DNA from: Octopus vulgaris
Lineage: Eukaryota
Assembly: GCA_951406725.2 (NCBI GenBank)
Contig: OX597832.1
Coordinates: 21,824,001 to 21,888,000, forward strand
Length of the DNA stretch: 64,000 bases
Direction of reading: 5' to 3'
Within the stretch, counting starts at the first letter, position 1, and each line of letters starts with the position of its first letter. Positions 55,130 to 64,000 of this stretch are shown piece by piece. A program made the position numbers and the translations under genes. The notes beneath the pieces are model-generated. The model did not search any database and had not been told where the DNA came from. It was given only the letters and a program-made list of their open reading frames with translations.

Positions 55130-55222
55130 AACACACATATATACATGCATATATACACAGATATGTATAAACACATATATATATATATATACACACACAC
55201 ACATACATACACATATATATAC

Positions 55223-55254
<32 letters not shown>

Positions 55255-57794
55255 CACACGTATATGCACACACACATACATGTATATATAACATATATAT
55301 ACACACATATATATATACATATATATATATACATATATATACACACATATATATATACATTATATATATATACATATATATACACACATATATATATACA
55401 TTATATATATACACACATATATATATACACACATATATATATATATATACACATATATACATATATATATACACACATATATATATATATATATATACAC
55501 ACACATATATATACATACATGTATAATATCTGTATAGTACAAGCATTATATCTATATGTATATAAATGTATTCATATATCTATGTATCATATACATACAT
55601 ACATATATATATCATAGATATAACACACACATTATATACATGCCTAATAGCTTTGCCACGCTGCTTGTGATTGGCAGAACTGAAACAATCTCTAATGGAA
55701 AATATAAAGTAGATAGATTTTATTTAAAAAAAAAATGATAGCATACAAAAGTGTGTATATACTTGTACATGTGTAATATATATATATATATATACATATA
55801 TAACATTATATAATAATATATACATTGAATATATATATTTTATATATAAGCAATATATTTATACAATACACATACGATATACATAATAGTGTATATTACA
55901 ATATATATATGTGTGTGTCTGTGTGTGTGTAATAATTTTGTGTGTATATTTGTGTGTTTGTGTGGAAAATACAATGATAGAAAGTGGAAACAAATTAGCT
56001 CTCTTGAGTGAAGACTGTTTCAGTGATTTCATTTCAAACAAACGAGAAATACCAAGGAGACTCATTGGAGTGGAGTGCGACCCTTCACTCCTCCCACCTC
56101 TCAATCACTCGTAACTCAAACACTACTTTAACCTAAGCTGCCCAAAATGAAAATAAACTAAAAAAAAAGAACAAAAAAACAAACACAAAAAGAAATACAA
56201 ATAAATATGAATATGATAATAATAATAATTAATAATAATAAAAAGAACTATTCATTTGAAATTCAATGAAGGGGTTTAGTAATTATCTTAATTCATTAAC
56301 AAAAAAAAAAAAAAAATGAAAGGACCAAAAAGAAAAAAATTTTTTTTAATTAATTAATAAATAAAAAATAATAATAAAAATAAATAAATACGTAAATAGA
56401 ATCATTTTTACTCAAGTTGAGATGGTAAATTTTGGAATGCTTATCGGAGTAAAAGCATAAAATTATTTGTGCTAAAGACAGATAAAGACAATTCCAAGTC
56501 GTAAATTCCCCTGTTCGCGCATCACCGACTGTGAAAGAAATGCTCAAATTCTCAAGTTCTCAAATGCTTTAACGCATGACTAACAGCCCAACTGACTGCA
56601 TGCCTGCCTGTCTGTCTGTCTGTCTACCAGCTTAACTTATCTTTCTTACTAATTACATCATTAATAATCATTAACATTAATTACATCATCATATATATAT
56701 ATATATATGTATAAATATATATGTATGTATGTATATGTCTTTTAATATATGAATAAGCTGCAATTATTTTATTATTGTATTCCATCGTCCCGTCCACCCC
56801 CTCTGCAGTGAAAGCGTCCGATCTAACACCCTAGGATAAAGCTGCCTCATTGGCGTTACATGTGGGAGAGTGTGGAGAGAGGGAGTAAGAGAGAGAGTGT
56901 AAGAAAGAAAGAAAGAAATAGATTTTCATCCAGAAAAAACACCTTGTGAAAATTTTATAAACACTTTTTTTTCTTCCAATCCAGGATAAATCTACTACTT
57001 CTTTCATTACAATTTTTTTAGTTATATACATATGTGATTATATATATATATATATATATGTATTGCATGTATATATATTTCATATATATATATATAGGTT
57101 TTATATGTATATTGTATTTACTATCTATATTGTGTATTATATATACATGCATAAGCACACATACATACATGCATGCATGTTCATATACATGTTGATATAT
57201 ACACATAGATATAAATATATATACATACACAAAACACCTATATCACACTTATATAAATATATATATCTTGATCATATATAAACATATATATTAAACATAC
57301 ATAAACAGATATATATATATATAAATTATATATATGTACACATATATACAATGTATATATATATGCAAATTGTAATATATATTATATTTTATATATATAT
57401 GTTATATATAATATATTTTATATATATATGTTTATATATATATTATATTTTATATATATATGTTATATATATTTTATATATATTATATATATATATTTTA
57501 TATATATTATATATATATATTTTATATATATATATGTTATATATAATTATATATATATGTTATATATATTATATTTTATATAAATATATATATATTATAT
57601 TTCATATAAATATATTATATATATTTCAAAATAGTTTTTCCTTAAACTGGTCAGCAAAAACGTGGGAATTAGCCCCATTGAGACCCTGGTTGTTCAGTTT
57701 GTTTTTTTTTTGTTTTTGTTTTTTGTTTTATGTTTTTTTCTTCTTTTCATTGAAACTGCTGTCACCTTGCCTCTGCCATGGCGCTCGGGACCCT

Positions 57795-57907
57795 TCATGA
57801 CACCTTGTCTTCTTTTTTCTCCAGAAGCTCTAGGTACGTCACTTGCAGCGGCTGGTGTTGTAGTTTCTCTTTGGCCTCAGATAAACTGAACCATTCTCGT
57901 TTACGAC
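57795..57907 (-). CDS. Last coding exon of diphosphoinositol polyphosphate phosphohydrolase (DIPP; NUDT3/NUDT4/Aps-like Nudix hydrolase)
   Basis: Acceptor ttttcttttcttgcag, phase 1, then (G)RKREWFSLSEAKEKLQHQPLQVTYLELL..VS*, matching the DIPP GRKREWF..EDA..L..HKP....YL motif. Upstream exons not found in the window. Confidence 0.88.
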
Positions 57908-58116
57908 CTGCAAGAAAAGAAAACGAGAATAATAATAATAATAATGATAATAAAAATAATAATAATAATAGCAAAGAAAGAACATGCCTGATAATTGACA
58001 AAGCATAACCAATAAACAAGTGTCACCTTAGTCTAGTGGGTGTGGACAGCTGACACTTCCCATCATATCCAGCAAAATAAGTTGAGTTTTTGCCGCATAA
58101 TAATAATAATAACAAC

Positions 58117-58312
58117 AAATACATAACAAAAACACCAGGACTTACAAACACATATAACATACAGAAAATTGCACTACTAGGCACTGCACACATCCTACGC
58201 AGAACACTTTCCATACAGTTAACCATCAGAGCATCACAACAAATCACAGCAAATACCGAAGGCACACAGAGCTGTGCTCGGTAGTGAAGTGAAAGCACGC
58301 TATAAAAAGAAA
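58117..58312 (+). mobile_element. R4/Dong-clade LINE 3' end inserted in (TAA)n
   Basis: IQKIALLGTAHILRRTL is typical of the R4/Dong restriction-like endonuclease C-terminus; (TAA)n on both sides. Confidence 0.75.
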
Positions 58313-58369
58313 AATAATAATAATAATAATAATAATAATACTATTGGTATAAATAATAATAATAATATA

Positions 58370-59182
58370 TTGGTATAAAAGATGGGCTACGGCAAATATT
58401 CTGCTCAATACCACAGATTTGCTTGTCAGTAGTTTGACCATAACCAGTTGAGCATGTCCCTTAGTGGCTGATGATATGTGCATCTCTGATCATGAGCAGA
58501 AGTAGTAGGGGAGCATCACAGCCATGTGTTGAGAGGGATTCTTAGAGGTTTGGATAATTCACCTTTGGAAGCATGGGTGTTTCGTTCAACATCCTTAAAC
58601 AACTCCTTATTCAGGGACCTTTTGAGCGGGATGGGCTACTTGACATGAACAAGATTCTAAATGGGCCCCCACCTGCAAGGTCATGCACTGTTTATCTTGA
58701 TATGAGATCACCATGTCACGCACATATGGTTGTGATGCATGTGCCTGGTGTACCCTTATCAGACGGGTAGTCATGGTGGGTATACTGTTATACATGAAGA
58801 ATTTGTTTTTTCTTTTTCATGTTATTCTTCTTCGTTGTTGCTGTGGTTGGCTTTATGTGATGGTGGTAGCGGTACTGGTACTTTTGTTTTGATATGTTTT
58901 TTCTTTTATGTTTTTGTCAATGTTGCTGTTGTTGTTGTTACCGTTGATTCTGCTGCAACTATCTCATTTCATCTTTGTTATATTCTAACTGGGCCCCAAC
59001 CTGCAAGGTCATGCGCTGTTTATCTTGATATGAGATCACCATGTCATGCACATATGGTTGTGATGCATGTGCCTGGTGTACCCTTATTAGACGGGTAGTC
59101 ATGACTGGTATACTGGGCTTCGTATATTCTACCCCAGTGTCACTTTGATGGCATACACTGCTCTCTCACTCAATAATAATAA
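58370..59182 (+). mobile_element. Retroelement 3' region with internal ~130-bp duplication, ends in (TAA)n
   Basis: attctaa.tgggcccc.acctgcaaggtcatgc at ~58653 and ~58982. Partial homologue at ~27615-27660. Confidence 0.65.
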
Positions 59183-59545
59183 TAAAAAAAAGAATTATGG
59201 TTTTAAATTTTGGAAGTTGACCTAAGTGGAATTTGAACTCAGAACATAAAGACGGGCGAAATACTGCTAAGCATTTCGCCTGCTGTGCTAATGATTCTGC
59301 CAGCTTGCCACCTTACAAATAATAATAATAATGGTGTCAAATTTTGGCGCAGGGCCAATAGTTTTTGAGGGGAGGAGTAGTTCAGATACATTGAAATACA
59401 CAAAATTAAGCCATTGTTGCACAGGCCTAGCAAACAACCAACGACACTTCAGAGTATTTAAGATGGATTATGGGTAATGAAATAGAAATAAATGAACAAA
59501 TGAAACTGTCATAATTCAAGAGGATGGTTCAAGTAAATAAATATA

Positions 59546-59952
59546 GGCGCAGGAGTGGCTGTGTGGTAAGCAGCTTGCTTATGAACCACATGGTTCCGGG
59601 TTCAGTCCCACTGCGTGGCATCTTGGGCAAGTGTCTTCTACTATAGCCTTGGGCCGACCAAAGCCTTGTGACTGGAATTGGTAGACGGAAACTAAAAGAA
59701 GCCCGTCGTATATATGTATATATATATGTGTGTGTGTGTATGTTTTTGTGTGTCTGTGTTTGTCCCCCTAGCATTGCTTGACAACCGAATGCTGGTGTGT
59801 TTATGTCCCCGTCACTTAGCGGTTCGGCAAAAGAGACCGATAGAATAAGTACTGGGCTTACAAAAGAATAAGTCCCGGGGTCGATTTGCTCGACTAAAGG
59901 CGGTGCTCCAGCATGGCCGCAGTCAAAATGACTGAAACAAGTAAAAGAGAGT
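59546..59952 (+). mobile_element. Full-length tRNA-derived CORE-type SINE
   Basis: A box tggctgtgtgg, B box ggttcagtccc, CORE-like tcttgggcaagtg. More than 12 related copies in the window (e.g. 18760-19160, 20215-20565, 25210-25583, 30545-30850, 32755-33146, 60945-61240). Confidence 0.92.
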
Positions 59953-60717
59953 AAATATAAACAGGGAAAAAAGAAATAAAAAAAAAGAAAGCAACTACAA
60001 CAACAAAACAAATAACAAAAAAAAACAACAACCCCATCCCCTCCATACATGATGAAGCACAACCGTAACCGAAACAGCTGTTCATTTGAAGTGAACCAAA
60101 TCACTAGTCTTTCCTGATTCCAAGTGGTGAGGTGGGTTTTGTTCCATTAGAAAATAGGATAATAGAGAATGTAGCAGCAGCAGCCAGTAATTTCTTTTTT
60201 GAGAAATGAGGGAATCAGCTAATTAATGTTTAGGAATTAATTGGGTTTTCAAATGCAACTCTAAAACAGCTTTTCTTAACTGGGAGAGATGGAAGTGTAA
60301 TAACGATGTTATAATTAACTAACGAAGCAGGTTTTTAAGAGAGCCGTGAGGATGTATGATGATGGAGAGATGGGGTGGGGAGAGCGAGGAGAGAGAGGAT
60401 GAGGGAGAGAAGGAGGGAGAAAGAGAAAAAAGAAACACAGAGATATTTATATGGAATTTTCTACGCCGTCATTCAATGTCCATTTTTCCATTCTCGCATG
60501 GGTCAGAATGGGTGGTCAGACAGAATTTGACAAAGTAGATTTTTTTATGGCTAAAATGCCCTTCCTGTTGCTAACCCTCAACAAACCTTTGGTTAGTCTG
60601 GTGTCTATAGTAGAAGATACATGCTCAAGGTACTGTTCGGTGGGACTGAACCTGAGGCTTCCTGATTGAGAAGTAACCATCTTAACCACACCTACCAACC
60701 TACCTATATATATATAT

Positions 60718-60851
60718 ATCTGTAAATATAATATGTGACAATTATTCAGTAGCCATGATAAAACTCCGAGTTTAGGATGTCTGCTCCGACATCAGAAACT
60801 TAGAGTTTTATCATGGTTACTGAATAATTGTCAGATATTATATTCACAGAT
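60718..60851. repeat. Fold-back inverted repeat, ~63-bp arms, 6-nt loop, next to (TA)n
   Basis: atctgtaaatataatatgtgacaattattcagta...tactgaataattgtcagatattatattcacagat. Confidence 0.9.
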
Positions 60852-62869
60852 AAATTCCTCTATTTACATAATATCAAGGTCTCTTTAATTCTTTTGTTGT
60901 CTTACCGTTTCTATCAATATATATATATATATATATATATCACCTTGTGAGTGGATTTGGTAGATGGAAACTGAAAGAAGCCTATCATATATATATATAT
61001 ATATATATATGTATATGTATGTATGTGTTGTATATGCTTGTGTGTCTGTGTTTGTCCCTCCAGAATCACTTGACAACCGATGCTGGTGTGTTTACATCCC
61101 CATAGCTCAGCAGTTTGGCAAGAGACACCGATAGAATAAGTACTGGACTTACAAAGAATAAGTTCTGGGGATTGATTTGCTCAACTAAAGGCAGTGCCCC
61201 AGCATGGCCACAGTCAAATGACTGAAACAAATAAAAGAATGAAAGAACAGAAGAATAAAATTGCTGTTTGGCATTAATGCTGCTTTCATCGTTAGGGTGC
61301 CCCTATAATGGGGGCACACGTACCTTGGTTATATATAATGCTTTGTTGAATAAATGCACTCGTTTCAGTGATAATTATTTGTTTATAATGTGTCCTAATT
61401 ACTATGAGATACCCTGTACATTAATGTAGGTTTTGAAGATATGTGTATGTCTATACTTATATAATATTTATTCATTTTTTGTTTTTATTTTGTGATCTAG
61501 ATATGTTTTATATAGGAGGTGAATATTCTATGTTGTTTATTAAGGGAAGAAATCTGGTATGACTTCTTTATTTGTCAAAAAACCATGCGATCATTCACAG
61601 AAAACCTTCCCCTACTTCCTTCTCCTCACCTGTAGGAGCCATGATTACATTTTTATTTTTCTCATAGCTAGGCTTTCTAATATGAATATGTGATAATTCT
61701 TTTTTGGAATTGGTTTTTTTAAGCACATAAGTGCTACAGATAAGGCTTGAAAGTTTTGGGGAGGGGAAATGGTAAATCACATCGACCCCAGTACACAACT
61801 GGTACTTAATTTATCAATCCCAAAAGGATATATGGCAAAGCTGACTTAGGTGGAATTTGAACTCAGAACATGAAGACTGACAAAATACTGCTAAGCATTT
61901 CACCCGACATGCTAAAGGTTCAGCCAGCCTGCTGCCTTATAAATGCTACAAATAATAGCATGAGAGACCCTTTGGGTTAGAAAAAGATTAAGGCTGCCCC
62001 TGTGGGACTTAAGGTTCTCCTTGTTTTGACATACCATGACAGCTGTAAACAACTGTCACTGTCATACAAGCAGTGTCGTTCATTTCTGCAATGCTGAGGG
62101 AACATATCTGGCCATGTGAAGCATTATATTACCTATTTCTTTACTACCCACAAGGGGCTAAACACAGAGAGGACAAACAAGGACAGACCTCAGTGCGTAA
62201 CTGGTACTTAATTTATCGACCCCGAAAGGATGAAAGGCAAAGTGGACCTTGGTGGAATTTGAACTCAGAATGCAACGGCAGACGAAATACGGCTAAGCAA
62301 TTCGCCCGGCGTGCTAACGATTCTGCCAGCTCGCCGCCTTGATTATATTACCATGTGTGTAAACAGGTAAGGGTCGGCGAGAGGAAGAGCATCCAGCCAT
62401 AGAAAAAAATCTGCCTCAGTAAATTTCGCCAAACCCATGCAAGCACGGAACACTGGACAGTAAAACAACGACGACGATGATGACGACAATGACGATGGTG
62501 ATGTATACGTCTTCATATACAATGCCGAGCGGACACAAAGCCAAATTAAATACTGGCATGATTCAAAGTCTGACCGTATGGGCAGACGGTATGAGGGTGG
62601 TGTGTGTGCGTGGTGGTGGCGGGGGTGGTGGCGATGGAATGTGACTTGACAAAGCAAGGCATTCAGTGCTGTGCCACCACAGCATAGCTGTGGCCACTTG
62701 GCTGCTGTCTTTCTACAATGAAAAACCTCTTGCAACAAATTACAACAATAACCACTGCTACTACTACTACAACTACTACTACTGCTGCTGCTACTACTAC
62801 TACTGCTATTTCTTCTTACCGAGTGCTGTGTGGAGATGTCGGGTGATCTTTCCAATCAATATCACATGC

Positions 62870-62899
62870 ATTTCTTTTCTCTCTCAATCACTTCGGCAT

Positions 62900-62930
<31 letters not shown>

Positions 62931-63747
62931 ATACTTCTCACACACCTTACTCCCCCCTCTCTCTCTGAATCTCTACTTTTCTCTCTATTTCTTCACCTCT
63001 CTCTGTCTTTCTACCTCTCCCTCCATTTCTCTACTTCTCTCTCTGTCTCTGTACCTCACTCTGTGTCTCTCTTCCTCTCTCTCTCTATCTTGCTACTTCT
63101 ATGTCTCTCTACCTCTCTCAGTCTCTCTGTCTTGCTCTCTCTCTCTCTCAGTCTCTCTACTTCTCTTTGTCTGCCTTGTTATCTCTCTCCCTTTCCCTTA
63201 CTTTCTTCCAAACTACCTCTCACCCTTTTATCTCTCTCTCTCTCTCATCTCAGACTATCCCTCTCTTATTCAACTTTCTTTGTTTCTCTGTTTGTATGTC
63301 TTTCTCTCTCTCTCTCCCTCTCATCTCACTTTTTCTTATTTTCTTCCCATTCCTGTTTCCTTCTCTCTAACTGTCAGTCATTTCACACTATTACCTTATA
63401 TTTATCCTTCTCTCTCTCTCTCACTCTCACTCCCTTATTTCAAACTATTCTGTCTCTCTCTCTCTCTCTCTCTCACACATTCATCTCAAACTAACCCTCC
63501 CTAATTTTCACTGATACTGTCAGTTTCTCTCTCTCTGTCTTTATCCTCTTCACTCTATATATTTATATCGTTCACCCACTAGCACATTATCTGTCTATCT
63601 ATCTGTCTGTCTATCTATCTATATATTTGTCTGTCTGTCTATGTATCTATCTATTTGTGTCTGTCTGTCTGTCTATCTACCTATCTGTGTCTGTCTATGC
63701 CTTTCTATCTATCTATCTGTATGTCTATCTATCTATCTCTTTATCTA

Positions 63748-63782
<35 letters not shown>

Positions 63783-64000
63783 CTCTATCTCTGTCTATCT
63801 ATCTCTGTCTATCTATCTCTGTCTATCTATCTCTCTATTTATCTCTGTCTGTCTATCTCTCTATCTCTGTCTATTTATCTATCTATCTATCTATCTATAT
63901 CTATCTCTTTATCTATCTATCTATCTGTCTATCTCTCTATCTCTGTCTATTTATCTATCTATCTATATCTATCTCTTTATCTATCTATCTGTCTGTGTGT
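62870..64000. repeat. Long polypyrimidine (CT)n-rich tract followed by (CTAT/CTGT)n
   Basis: Visible strand-asymmetric low complexity. Confidence 0.92.

Noticed and set aside
59546-59620. tRNA gene calls at SINE heads (also 2470-2550, 18418-18500)
   Set aside because: A/B boxes are present but run into SINE bodies with no complete cloverleaf

Overview
AT-rich, microsatellite- and SINE-saturated animal genomic DNA. The SINE families suggest a coleoid cephalopod such as Octopus (inference). Recognisable genes: (1) a complete, intronless METTL3 (m6A writer) CDS at 7853-9511 (+); (2) the last coding exon of a DIPP/NUDT3-4-type Nudix hydrolase at 57795-57907 (-). Three phase-compatible candidate exons (258-405, 4880-4934, 14688-14886, +) splice into one open frame of unknown identity, which would place METTL3 inside a same-strand intron. 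The rest is tRNA-derived SINEs (CORE-like, Nin/Deu-like), LINE remnants (RTE, CR1/L2, R4/Dong), a mariner fragment, GG..CC-ended MITEs with 8-9 bp TSDs, and Penelope-like element (PLE) remnants. The most notable signal is at least eight minimal hammerhead-ribozyme motifs, including U3-A8 and G3-C8 core variants. Several lie at or beside 60-140 bp fold-back inverted repeats next to (TA)n tracts. Almost all other ORFs in the supplied track are microsatellite or SINE artefacts. All calls come from manual reading; repeat boundaries are approximate.
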